From: Phoronis australis
Lineage: Eukaryota > Animalia > Phoronida
DNA length: 49,229 bases
Assembly: GCA_002633005.1 (NCBI GenBank)
Contig: NMRA01000004.1
Location: 1-49,229 of the forward strand
Direction: 5' to 3'
Shown here: positions 32,780-47,200 of the stretch, one piece after another
How the letters are laid out: the number at the start of each line of letters is the position of its first letter
Position numbering within the stretch: position 1 is the first letter of the stretch
Program-made: the position numbers and the translations under genes
The notes under the pieces: model-generated
What the model was told of the DNA's origin: nothing
Databases searched by the model: none
Seen by the model: only the letters and a program-made list of their open reading frames with translations

Positions 32780-35282
32780 AATGTCTTTAATTCCTTCCAA
32801 CTCAAGCAAATATATTTCCATAATCAAACTTGTTCTTGGAGCAGTCCTTCATTCAGTTGCCCAAATCGGGAACTGGCCATTTTCAACACTGCTGGTGCTC
32901 ATGTTCATTAACCGCGGGCACCAGCAGCTCTCTCAGTTTCAAATGCAAAAGTTATACGCTGTGTACATCCAGGAGTCAGTACATTTGGCAGCACTGGATT
33001 TATTGGACCAATGGATTCAGGTGGTTCCGATTGCTCAGTGGACTAAAGCATCCGCACATTTAGCAAAAAGTCCCGTGTTTGAGCTCTGGTCAGGACAGAG
33101 GTTTCATCATACCTATGGACACCACATGGGCGGCGTAGCACTGAAAAAAGTGATGGTCTATAGCCCCCCTCCCCCCAAGCCCCATATAGTGCGCCGACCA
33201 TGCACCAGATGTGCATGGTTTTGGCCATGATTAACAGATAACAAAAACAACTTTCACATCCAGTTCTCTTGAGGAAACAAAATAACGCTCTGTATAATAC
33301 CGCTGAAATAACCCTCAAGAGTTTGGATCAAAATTTGAAAACTGGACTTAAAAAGTCTCGTAAACAGGCAGGTGTGGGGAAAGACCATCCACCAAAATCC
33401 ATAATATCCAATTTGTGACACAGTATATCACAAGTTTTCAATTGAAACCTATGTTATCACTCAAGTGGGAGACCGGCGACAGCATGAGGATTGTTTGAAA
33501 TCACTAAAACAAGGTTTAGTATCCTTTTATCTATGGGTCACACGATATTATACCAGCATATCGTGAATTAGAAGACTAGCAATTTCTATATATCACACTG
33601 TTTTCCAAAGGACTGACCTTCTCATGGTCATTTGCACTGTTACGGCAAAATCTGACTAATATAAGACACAACATTATTTTGTAGGGATCACTTTAAAAAA
33701 AGTGTTGTTATGAGTCAATTGAGCATAAAAAAATATTTCCAGGTGATCAGTGCAATGGGCCCACATGCGAGGCTTGCGCACGTCTGGTACAACGTGTATC
33801 AGACCGCCTGCAATTAAAAAAAAGTCAATTGACAACCAGGGCCTCGAATCTGTGAATCAATTTTTAGGACTTGTGTTAGTTAAATGTTTGCCCTTTATCG
33901 ATTCAATTCTTTGTTAGTGGCATTTAAATATATGCCGTTATTTTGTCTGCTTAGCAGCTTCCTCAGTGCATCATGCGATTAGTGATTGGTCTGAAGGCCG
34001 ACTGCATTTCAGTTTAACCACACACATAAATCCACTGTTGGGGTCTACATCTTTTCACTATGCTAGACCCCATATTACTTGTTGCTTTGATTAGGTGCTC
34101 GACATTGTAGCTGTATTAGATTCTGAATGCAATGTGAATTATTCAAGACGAAATCATACGAAATTGTGACAATTTTAGTGCATCCGTTGGCCCCAAGTAA
34201 ACCAGTCATAGTGAGTCGGTGAAAATTTTAACACCTTAATGACATGGAGCACCCTCCTAAAATTATTCGAAATATTATGGTCAGGTGAAAGTTTAGTTTT
34301 TTCATTTTTCCCTAAACTTATATACTTTACCAGAATGATCATTTGCCATGTTCAAGTTCTGTACCATAGCTAACAAGGGCAATATTTTGAAAATCATGCG
34401 CATTCACAACAATGTTAGCTGCCCTTGAAAAATGAAAAATGAACATGGCAATTCTTTTTCTTCAAATGAGATTTTACCGTAAAGCAAAATTGTGTTGTTT
34501 TTACAACATTATGCCTGACCTAGTGATCCCTTATATTGTGTGTGAGGTGGTAATCCCTTATATTACAATCAAGTATTTTCTGCTTAATGGTTCACTGTGT
34601 AGTCTAGAATACACATTCATCTTGTGCCTGTGTAAATAAGTATGTTTCATCTTGTGCCTGTGTAAATAAGTATGTTTCAAATTGTGTTTGGTTATTAGGT
34701 CCCTGATGTGGGGGTAAGTAAAGTCTATTGCTCTCAAATTGCATTGTGTTTAACATTTTAACTTGTTTATGTTTTGTAAGGATTTAATCGCATTTAATTT
34801 TCAATTAAATTGAAAAGGCAAAGATCATATAAATATGATTACTTTGAGATAACACTTCGGTCCCTGTAGGTTTCAGCCCATTGTGTCACTGATATTCTGT
34901 TGGACAGGGATTTCTGCCTATTTTGGGTTTCTCGGAAGCAAAACTCCAGGTTCAAACTGTGCTTTGTGTTTTTGCGTCGTAGTAAGTCCTTTTCTCTAAA
35001 TGATAGAAACAAAACACAAAACAGAGACACATTATTTAAACTAGGTGAGCTTGTCTCAATCATTTTGCAACAGCAGCACAAATTCAGCATCATTATGCAG
35101 TTCTGTTTATCATTGGTCTTTCAATGTGAAACAGAAAAAGCTCACGACAGGCTTTTAAAACAATTTGGCTTAACAGTTTTACACCTGGCTCGGGGCTTTT
35201 TCAAACAACTCTATAAGTGCCTCAGGTGTTGACTTTCCACTTGTCTTGATGTGTAGTTAAAAAGTGTTCCATTTGGTTACAG

Positions 35283-38200
35283 CGGACTATGACACTGGTA
35301 TCCTGGTGGACAATGATGAAGTTGCAGCAAATGTGGAGATGGAAGAGATGGCAGCCGTGAAGGACAGCGATAGTAGCGGGAGCTCGGGCAGCGTTAGGAA
35401 CGAGTTCTCGCCACTATCAAGAGAACGCCCGCAGCTGGACAAGGCGCGGACAACGTATGTATAAAGCTAAATAAATAATTAAACAAAAAGTTGATGGAAT
35501 GTAGAATCATAGGGTGGGGAACAGGATGGCTGGTACACTCATAATTCCTCTCTTGTAAACACGTAAAATCAGATCACCGACTCACAAACTTGTGCCCGTA
35601 CTTACATACCCGCGATTCTGATTGCCAAAAATGGAGCACAAAATTGAAGACATGGCTTACGCACTCAAAAATTTTGACCAACTCACCAACTTCAACTTAG
35701 ACTCACAAAGATTGTTCTTGGATTCCATGCCGATGTATCGTGCTACAAAGCAGTCAGTGAGGTGTGTTTGTGGGTGGAGCCATGCTTTTGCATATGTATG
35801 TCGTGGTTTGTGAGGCTGGCACCAGGTGTGCCAGTTGTCAAAGTAAGTGAGTTGGTAAACTGAGGTCATTGAACTTGGGAAATGTATTGATCAGTTATCA
35901 ACTTTGTTCATGGGTATGACGGTCATGCTGTTTCCACCCTTTGAGAATTATTACTTTTTTACCTTGCGCTTTGCTGTGGTTATCTCTAGAATTTTTGAGG
36001 GATAAATTGTCATGAAATTCTGTCAGCAGTGAGGTTGCTTGTTTACAGACATGCTCTGGAAGTATGTCCGATAGTTTTGTCTTCTAGACACTGTCACAAA
36101 AATAGTTTGTAGCACAGCTCTATGTGAATAATAATCAGACTTTCAAACTTGAATGTCATGAACTTAAAAAGCTACGTTCTATTATTAAGTAAGTAAACTT
36201 TTGTGTAGACCACAAGAGCTTGAACACTGGTTTCAACTTGTCCTGTACTCACATTGAGAAGGTTCTGTCTGGGCATGGAGAGAATTGTCTGTTATTACTT
36301 GAAACCGTGCTCAGTGAATAAAACAACTCGTCATAGCAAGTCAACTTGTTGTGCCCTGGTTCAACCCATAAAAATCGGCTGGTTCCAAACTCTGAACTCA
36401 TGTCCAATGTGAGTAGCGAATATAAGTTTTGACCGATTTTGTAACTTTCTAAGTGATCTATATCTAAAGTTGTATTGCACTTTACAGCAGCTTGAAAGTA
36501 CAGGATATCTTTGTTAGAAATGATTATAAATTTTTTAAATTGTTAGCAGTAGACCGATAAAATTCAATACATTTAAAGACCCTATTTAAGGCATGGCAGC
36601 ATTGTACAGATATTTGTAATCACATGATGGCGTTTTTCTATAAAAATCACAAAGATGTCAACACTTGTGATTGACATCCAAGCTCTTGGGCTAAAAGGTC
36701 CTAAAAATCAAAGGCATGCTGTTCAATGTATTAGAATAAGGAAACAGAATTTGTGAGTTTTATCCTATTACCTTAACAAAATGTTAAACTCTGCATTTAA
36801 GAACCTTGAAGACTTTTGCAATAGTGAAACACTTTTCATCATTAAGTTTGTTTTGCAATCATTTTTGAGTCCTTGGTTTGGTCGGTGAACAACAATCACA
36901 ATGTATCAAGTCCAGTAGTCATTGATCACGGTTTTTCTTTGCTTTTTAATTCATTTTATTCTTTTCTATTGCAGCTGTTCAGACATGCGGGACCAGAGAG
37001 GTCTCACAGTCATCATAGCCTCTTCCATTGTGATCAGTGCTGCCATCACTATTGCCCTCATTACTCATATCTACGTTGGTGAACCCCAGGTAACACTGTT
37101 TAATCACCTTTGTGGTCATAACTAATTTTTTTCAAAGGTTATCCTTAAAGTATTTTTTGTTTTCTCGCATATCTGAGGTGGTCAGGTTGGTAGATAACAT
37201 GTTTTAACTTTTCAACTTTTCATTACCACATTGTGCGCATTTTGTTTCAAAAATACTTTTTGTTTTAATTTTACAGTTGTAAAAGATAATAGTTGCAAAT
37301 AAATTGTGTAAGAAGCATTCATAATGTCCAGTTGCATTCTATTTTATTTTGATTTTTATCAGAGTTTTTGGCACCTGCATCACTGAAAATTTCAGGCCAC
37401 AACTGATGTTAAATATTGTGTTAATTGATATTGCTTCCATTTGTTTGTCAGTCATCTCAAATTTTGATTGAGTTCTCGTATTATACATGCATTGCCATTC
37501 TGTAACCAAGGTTTAATATTCTTCGTTTTTGTTTGCTCATACAATGTATAAATTGATGCATTACATTTTTGTACAAATGCCATGTATGATTATGAAAAAA
37601 CATGACCTGAATCTCTTATTGCTGTCCTTCATGTTAGGACACACTTCACTCACTGCATCTTTCATCATTTCAGGTTCCCCTCACAGGTGGTGCTGCTACT
37701 AGTTCTCCACGGTGTGCCACAGTAGCTACGGATATCATGAAAAAAGGTGGTAGTACCGTTGATGCTGCCATTGCAGGCATCCTCTGTGATGGTGTCATGT
37801 CCCCTATGAGCTCGGGCATTGGCGGGTAGGCAGATTCACTCTGTGTGGACATTCATAGCAATTGTCTTCATTGCTATTTACCTATTAGTTATCTGGTTGT
37901 GTTGGATACCAAACTTCAGTGTGCTTTCATTGCCTTCACTGAGGGATGGTCCAGAAAAATCCATATGGGAGGGGGAGCCCCTGTTTGTGTTATAGCTTCC
38001 AAACCTGCCACACATATATTTTAATTACTTTGGAACGCAGCTATCTGATCCTTCACTGTATCTCCTAAATCCCTTGAAGGATCTTCATGAAATTCGCAAG
38101 TGTATTCCTGTGTACGTGACTGCAGATGATGACAACTTTGGGATGGATTCTGCAACCTTTGTGCCCCCTAGTGGCAATTTTACTTTATTTTGTTTGCCTC

Positions 38201-41200
38201 TGTATCTTCGGAGTTCCATGACAAATTTTTTAAGAAATTTGGCAGATAGTCTTCTATTGAGGAGACAATGTCTTCCCACTTTTGGACAGCCTCAACGTAT
38301 TCTGTGTCTCTTTGTGTTCATTTTTATTATGCTCATAAAAAAATTTATGATCACATTATTCAGCATAATGTGTGGCATCTATCGTTACCTTTACTTGTCC
38401 TTTGGTATTCTCAAAAAGTGCTTGATGCATGATGTTGATTTGCACAGTTATGTGCTGTGACACCCCTTGTTGGACACAGCAGTTTTTAATAAGAATTTTT
38501 TATCAGACTTTTTGATTTGATGTTACGTAGTCTAAAAAGGTGACGGACCAACACTTTTTTGCAAATTCTGACTATTTCTACTTCCCACTGTTATCCTTGC
38601 ACATCAAAACATGACCAAATAATAGCTATGCATGTGTCTTTAAAAGCACACATCACTTTGTCATCCCTTTTTGGACTTTAAGGTGGTAACTAGTCAGCAT
38701 TTTGGCTTAGAATTTGTGGACAGTTGTAAATCATTCACACACACACAATAGGTCTTTTGAAATTGAAATACAATTAAGGTCGGTGAACATGAAAGCAATT
38801 CTTTGTAAACCCTGCTCTCAGTCATATAACTCTCCCAGTTAGTCCAACTGTAACTAAGCACAGCTTAACACAGGGTTTATTGTCCTGCCTGAGAAGATAT
38901 TGTTTTGTTACCCTCTGTGGATCAGTGAATAGCCAAGCCCAGAATACCCCTTTCTATTCAACAACATTGGACATTGTCAGAAGAGACTATAATGTAACAG
39001 CATAGAATAGTAATTTAGTTTTATTTGAAACTTGATGTGTTATGTATGATTTAGACACATTTTCAGAGTTTTGACCTTTTTGAGTGAAATTAATTTTGGT
39101 CTGGTCTCGTTCTTAGGCTTTGACAAACTATTGACAGGTAGGATGCAGCTCTCTGAGTAGTTATCTTTATAACACGTATGTGTGTATTATATACATACTA
39201 AAATAGTCAGCTTCACTGCGGCCATGTTTCTGTTGTAAAACTTATTTATTGTTTAGATTTATTGTGATATATCCAATGCTTAGCGCTGGAAAAAGGTAGC
39301 ATCTCACTCAATTCATGGCAACAAATGCTGATTTGTCTTAGGTGTAAATTAATATTACATTGTTTCCCATTATGTAACGGACATTGGGATATGTGTCCAC
39401 TCAAAACCTTTTAATTTTGAACTGATAATTGATTTTTTTCCCATTTTTAAAAAAATCAGTATTTTTCCAATAATAATTACTACGTTCTGACAATAAAAAG
39501 TAGAAATTGATCTACATATTGATCTACATATTTTAGAGGAATAGCAACTGGGCTAGAGAAAAAACAGCACAGCCTTGTCTTCTCTTGAAACTTTTTTGTG
39601 AAGCAAATGTTCTGTCAGTTGCTATTTGTCCAAGAACAAAACATTGTGCTGTTATTTTTCAGAGGTGGATTTATGCTGATCTTTGATCCAAGACAAAAGA
39701 GCAGAAAAGCTGTTGCAATTGATTTCCGAGAGGTGGCACCAGCGGCTTCTACAAAAGATATGTTCAAAAACCGTCTGCAGGATGTTATCATGGTATGTGC
39801 ATATTTGTGATACACATATATCATAATTTCATGATTACTACTTGAAAATAGATATAGATAGTTATACTTGAAAATAACTTGCACTAATTTGTAGTGTATC
39901 ATTCATGGTGCGTTCCAACAAATATTTGTAGCAAACATAGGGTTAAGAAACCAGGATTTAGTCATTTTACATTTGCCTTTAGTTAGTGATCTAGAACTAA
40001 TCATTCGTTACATGAAATAGTCCCATTGAGTCCCTTACAAAGTCCTCAATGAGCCCCTTACAAAGTCCCCAATGAGCCACTTACAAAATCCCCAATGAAC
40101 CCCTTACAAAGTCTCCAATGAGTCCCTTAAAAAATCCCCAATGAGACCATTACAAAGTCCCCAATGAGCCAGCCCGTTACAAAGTCCCCAATGAGCCCCT
40201 TACAAAATCCCCAATGAGCCCCTTACAAAGTCCCCAATGAGCCCCTTACAAAGTCCCCAATGAGCTTCTTACAAAGTCCCCAATGAGCCCCTTACAAAAT
40301 CCCCAATGAGCCCCATACAAAATCTCCAATGAGCCTGTTACAAAATCCCCTCACTTACGGATGACAGGAATGAGGATTTTGTTAAAAGACCGTTGAATAG
40401 CAGGATCCCAAACTGGGTATTTTTTGAGCTTTCTAATTCAAAGTTTCTTCTCAGGCGTGTTACTCAACTTCATCAGGCTGATTCTTTTGCTTTCTTCTAG
40501 CAATGTGTTTTTGCTGGTCTTTGTATTTCGTGTTTTTATTGTTTGGGACTGAAGTCATTTCCCTTTCATAATCTTACCAAACTGCCAGTAATACAGTTTT
40601 GCTGGTGCTTTGCTGAAGGTTTGACTTACCCGTACTTCAAAGGTTACACATGCACGTTCCTTTGTTACTTGTGGCATTAATAGATTTACTGCAGAGGGTG
40701 ACATCTATTGTCACTTTAGAAGCGATATGAGTGATAAGGAAACAGACTGGCAAAAATGACCCCTTTAGGAGCTGCACATCAGTGTGACTGTATGCTAGCT
40801 TTTTTGCCGTTAAAAAACTAAGCATTTGCGCCGCTGATCTGATATGAACCTAGTATTTGAGACTCCTATTGAGTAAGTAAGTAAAACATTTATTTTATAT
40901 CGGTGTGGGTAGCCACAACAAAAGAAAGCATTAGCACAGGTGCTAGTTACCGTTATAAAATACTTGTGTTGAGTATTATTTGCAGAGAGGTATAGGAGAA
41001 TATATACAGAAAGAACATAAGAACTATGAAAACAAGCATAGTCAAACCCTAATAGTTTCAACATGAAACAAAAGACATGGCACAACATCAAATACAGTCC
41101 TGCCATGTGACCTACGTTTTAAGTGGGTAAGGTGACAACTGCCAGGAAAGACCTCTGACCAAGAACCGTGGTATCCATTCTGTGACATACTGAGAAAGTA

Positions 41201-44200
41201 CTTTTAGTTGAATCCTATTTTTGTCACTCAAGTGTGATGCGAATGGTGCATTAGCTGGGACAGAACAAGGTTTGACTGAAATTTGGTATCCTTTTTAAAG
41301 TTTCTTGCAACCTACCACTGCTTCCTGTAAGGTTTTACCACTAACTGAAAACAAAGTTTATGGTCCTAATGTTTACCAGTTGATTCGCTTTAAGCAAGTA
41401 ACTGAAATAACTTATACACCACTGTGGTTCTGGGTAGAATGCTGCCCTCTGCTGATCATGCCAGTCAATGGTTGTGTTTACAGGGCAACTTGGGTGTGGC
41501 TGTGCCAGGTATGTTGAAAGGACTGGAAAAGGCTCACTCCATGTATGGCAAGTAAGTACAGCTTGTACAAATAACTAGCTTCTTGTTTTATATTTTTGTT
41601 CATAATTCGTGAATTTCATCACCTCATGGCTTGTGACCACCAAATTTTACTTGGCACTCGACTTGAAAATTGATCAGTCACATTGGGTGACATTGGAAAC
41701 TTAACTTGAAATGTGGTTGCGCGCAATTGGTTGTGTTTAAAATTTGTTGGTCATGGGCCCTGATCTGCTGTTTGAAGTGGCACATTAAACACATGACTTC
41801 ATAATAATGATCCTGCAGTAAGTGTAGTGTGATTGGATGTTCTTGTAAAAGCAATAGTCACATCTGGAATTCAACTCTCTTCTTTAATGGAGGTAGAAAA
41901 ACGTATTGTGTTGATTGGTTTTTGATTAGGTTAGGCCAGCCTTGAACTGAGGTAGACATGAACAGAATATCTCTGGAAAGGTTATGAAAAATATGAAATT
42001 TAAATGGGTGTAGTAGGATTTGTTTTTTGTCATCCTGTACTGCCATCACAATGACGAATGCAGTGATAACTTTGTCACAAAATTTGATTATCTTGGTAGT
42101 AGTAGGCCGTATAGAATGTGGGACGAGTGCCCTACTGGTGTGAAGGATTCTGGGTAAAGTTACAGAATTAGGGAGGTTGCTGTGGTAGTTTGGGATGTTG
42201 TACTGAATGTCTACTGTCAGAATAGACTGTGAGTTTCGTTTAAAAGTTAGCTGACAGTGTGCTTAAAAATTGTGTTGAATTGATATGAATCCAGTAATTG
42301 ATGTTTAATATGTCATCTTGTTGATTAGCAAATTGCAATCTGGGAAATACCCTAACTTCCTCTAAAATTAATTTTGAAAGGTGTATGTCCCAGGTGAAGC
42401 AGCTCTGGTACACTGGATTTAATTGTGCCTTTCCATTCAGTCTTAAAGCATTGCTACCTTTTCAAAAGAACCACATAGTCTAATGTGACATCTACCTCTG
42501 ACTGAGGCAGCTGTGAGTAGCAGAGGGATGTGCCGCGTTTGTTCACTGGATGTCAAACTAATGAGAATGGGTGAAGCTTATTGTGAGTTAAACACTGATA
42601 TGTTTTCTTGCAGGATTGCATGGAAGGACCTGGTGAAGCCTGCTGCTGATATAGCAAGACGAGGAGTTCCTTTTGATGGACCTCTTGGTAGGTCAAGTTA
42701 ATGTTACACATTTTTGGTAATGGTTTGAGTGATTGTCCTTGATTTAAGTCAGTAGAACCCAAAGGAAAACAGATAAAATGGTTGGTTATTTGGCATGACT
42801 GCTAGTGGAATTCTTTGCTACAACAGCTGGTCATGGCATGTAAAGTTGTTCGCTATTCCTGGGGTTTGGATCTAATCAATCGGTAACAAATCTCGTGTTA
42901 TCTTTTAAAGATGCACTATGTAACAAACACAGATGACAGCTATACTAAGTTTAGGCAACCCATTGTCACACTGCTACACACGAGAGTCACCCTTTATATT
43001 AGAAGTTGCATTGGATTACAACTGACACATGTACGGGTTTCAGTTTTGCATTAATATATAGCCGGTTTGGGTTATTTTATATACACACATGTATGATATT
43101 TATACACACACGTGTATGATATTTATACACACACTTGCATGATATTTATACACACACGTGTATGATATTTATACACACACGTGTATGATATTTATACACA
43201 CACGTGTATGATATTTATACACACACTTGCATGATATTTATACACACACGTGTATGATATTTATACACACACTTGCATGATATTTATACACACATGTGTA
43301 TGACACGTGTGTGATATTTATACACACAGGCAAGATGTCAAAAATTTTACTATGAACATCATTAGAATTCTAGTGTATGGGAAATTTTTGATGTTCGCTA
43401 AAGTAAGCCGAGGTATATTCACTCGGTTGCTTTGGATTTTATTATTCAGTCTCAATTATTTCCGTCTGTCCTCCCATGAAGTTATTATTTGTCAGTAATT
43501 TTGAGCATATGAAGAACTGTATTAATATTCAATGTTTTGTTTCTTGAGTTCGTTATGATGTGACTGCCTAGTATTATAATTGTTATCGCTTTGAGCTACA
43601 AAAACACTGTAAATTTGAGTGATTGGAAGAATAGTTAAACTTACGTGTCTGTCACTGTGGCATTAAAACTCTTTTGTGCAATACACCTTTATAAACGGTG
43701 ATAATTAAATTCTTTACATCACACCACTTAGTGCACTGTACATAATTATGTACATTGGAAATTAGGAGAAGTTGCTGGGTTACTCTTCATAATGGACCCT
43801 TGTGGCAGCATTGTGTGATTTTGGTTAAAGGTTTTGGCCATTATGACTCATTGCGATGTGTCGTAAGCCATGTAGTTAAACGGAAAAGAATCTGCAGGCA
43901 GAATTGACTGCCGTGACGTTGTATTTTGTATGTTTTCTTTTGGCTTGTAATGTATTTGTCCATCTCATTTTGTATGTTTTCTTTTGGCTTGTAATGTATT
44001 TGTCCATCTCATTTTGCGGAGCATATGAGTTATTGATCTAGCATGATAATTTTAAGACGACCACAAATCACATGGGTTGAAATATTAATTTATTTAATAG
44101 TATTTATTATAAGCCAAGTCACATTGACATAGAATGTATATTCTACCCAATTGTTAAACATTGGTGTAAGTGCTATAAAATCAGGGTTCGACAAATGACG

Positions 44201-47200
44201 GCCTTTGGATTTTTATAGCATCATGGGTTGAAAACACATACTGCTTTTCAGTTAGTTGTGAAAATTATGTGTTAACACAAGTATGCCCTTTTGTAGAAAA
44301 AACAGATGTATTTTATTGCCTGACAGATGAGTAGTTTTTCTTCCAAGTTGGTAACACAGTGATGAAGTGCAGAATAATGATTTTCTAAAAAAAATGAATA
44401 CAGAATCCAACAAGCCTTGGAAAAATGGAAGGAACATGCACAAGCGCAGTGATATCTTGTATTTTAGCCATTAGACCACCAAGCACTTGGTTATAACTAT
44501 ACTGGGTTCTGAAATGGTGATTTTTCTTCTTTCTGTCCACAGCTGATGAAACTGAATGTCATGTGACTTATGAAGAACTAAGTCAAAATCCCAACACTCG
44601 CAAAATCTTTACTAAGGATGGACACCTTTTGGAGAGGGGTAGTCTAATCAAGTTCACGGACTTAGCTGCTACACTGGATATAGTTGCTGAAAAGGGAGCC
44701 AAGGCCTTCTACGAGGGGGAACTTGCGGACAGTATTGTTAGCGAGGTCAGTATGGGTTGAAAGGGTGTTTTGAAAAAATAATGTACTTGATGTTTTGTTT
44801 ACCCAATGTTGTAAATAGTGAAAATATTGAAGATGACTACAACCAGTCAAGAAGTGGCCACACAGCACTGCTGCTTTAGATTGGCTTGGATTTCAGAATA
44901 TGTTCACATGTTGGTTGCCATATAGTTCAATTGATAATGTTTAGTGCTTGTCTTGTATGCCTCACGTGAAAAGTATTAAGCACATTTCTGGTATTTTACA
45001 GATGTCCAAAGGGAAAGTAAAAGGCATACTAACCAAAGAAGATCTACAAAAGTATGAAGTCGTAGTCAGAGATGTACTTAATGAAACATTTCAAGGTATT
45101 CTGGCCAGTCAGTACATTCCCCATCTTGTGAAATGTTGAGCAGATGACCAGTCAGTACATACCCGATCTTATGAAAAGTTGATAAGATGACGTGTCAGTA
45201 CAGATCCCGTCTTGTGAATGTTGAGCAGATGACCAATCAGTACATTTCAACCAAAACTGATTCTGTCACCTGCCATTTTACTGTCAATGCTTCCTCTGTG
45301 AAATAAAAACATTGCTTAGTTGAAACACTACGTCACTGTGTAACAAAGTGGAGCCTTGGCTCCATGCTGGCTCTTCATGTTCCACTGTCATAGCTTAAAT
45401 TACTCAAAGCTTTCAAGGAGTCTTCAAATTTGTTCCAAACTTTTGAGCTGATGTTGAGTAGCCTTTTGATAACCCCGTGTGTCTTTCATTTGGACAGGTT
45501 ACAGTGTATTGGCTATGCCTCCACCGAGCTCGGGTGTAACTGTCATTCAAATACTCAAGGTGATGGATGGTTACAATAACAACAGCAGTCACCCAGACAA
45601 CCTTATGTACCACCGACTAATTGAGGTAAGCTATCACAATGTGTAGTGAGTACATAGTGCTGTCAATGGTTTATTGCTGACCAGTGAGGGTTGACAATAT
45701 CTGGTAGTAATGTTATTCTGTATTACCATTGATGTGAACTTTTTGTCTGATTTTTGACCACGTGTGCAGCTGTGGTCAAAATATTTTGCCTTCCATTGCT
45801 GTTTAGTTGAACATGACTGCATCATATATGAATATTCAGTGACATGACTAAAAGTGTAATTATTAATTGACTTATTGGTTCACATTTCCATCCAGCCATT
45901 TCTTTAAATTTCAGAGCATCTCTTCCCTCATTCACTATGGGGGTATGTGCGTGGTGATTAAGGTGCTGCTGGACTTATACCTGTGTGCTCAGCCTTATTA
46001 CCAAGACAATCTGGAGCAAAGTGCAGTCATAGCAATAGGGCTTAACATTTTTTTTTCAAATTCTATTATTTTTAGCTGTCAATAACCTAGTGTTGTGCAT
46101 AAATATATCCTACAGGCATTTAAATTTGGATATGCTCAAAGAACCAAGCTAGGCGATCCTGACTTCAACCCACTGGTTATGAACTATACAGCGAAAATGA
46201 TGAGGTATGGAGAATACATTTCAGAACGTAATGAAACTCGATGGATGTCTTTCATTGGTCGATATGTTAGGGAATATGGAATCACTTTATCTTAAAACTG
46301 TCATTTTGAAAATGATTGCTTAAAAGCCATCTGTGGTCAGTCACATTGAAAGCAATAGACTAAAGTGTGGGAGACAAATCTTTTGCTCAAATTATCTTCT
46401 CTAGCTTTTAGTTTGTTGGTTTGCATTGTGATAGGGTGTCAAATTTTCCAGATGTATTTCTATCTTGAATGGGACAACACAAGTGAATTTCCAGATGTAG
46501 TTGACTACTCTGTGCCCCCTGGTGTCAAATTTAGCTTTTTACATTAGCCTCTGTATCTACAGACATCCTTGACTGGTTTTCATGAAATTTGGCACATAGG
46601 TTTCTATGTTTTTCTGCTTAAAGGAACATCATGAAATTTCACAGAATGTTTTTCTATTGAGATGCGCAAAGCTAACATTGATTTTCACACGGGCACTGTT
46701 TGCCGTGATGAATCTTCATGGTTCCTGTTGAGGAGATAGTGACTCGTGTCCAGATCTGGATGGATTTAATTTATACTGTGCCCCCAAGTGGTCATTTTTA
46801 TTATTTTTGCGTCTATTACTAATGTTTGCTTTCTGCCCGCCTCATTAATCTCTTCAGTGGCATGGTCAATTGGAACAATTATTTTTCACAAATTGACTAA
46901 ATGAAATACAAAATGAGTTCTTGTACTGTGTCTAGCTTGATTTGAAGTTCTAAACATATCCATGATCAAATCAAGCCTGAATACATGTTAACATTAATTT
47001 GTAGTACCCGCAAAAAAATGTTGGAACATCGTATCTCAGAAATGGCAAATCAGATGTATATGAAATTCCACACACCATGATTTATGTGCTGCTCTCCAAA
47101 ACGCGTGTAGGAATTTTTAAAAAAATTTCCACTTTTGCTTGAGGGGCTATCAAAAATAAGACATCATTTTTACGAAGAATCTTAAAAGAATAATTTTGTA

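Noticed and set aside
32781-33230. 149-aa plus-strand ORF
   Set aside because: No motifs, overlaps a tRNA-like head, and has no splice-compatible link to the GGT exons that I could find.
40020-40350. CRISPR-like array (also considered for 21634-21934, 43076-43328 and 48383-48550)
   Set aside because: Head-to-tail repeats without unique spacers, no cas genes, eukaryotic intronic context.
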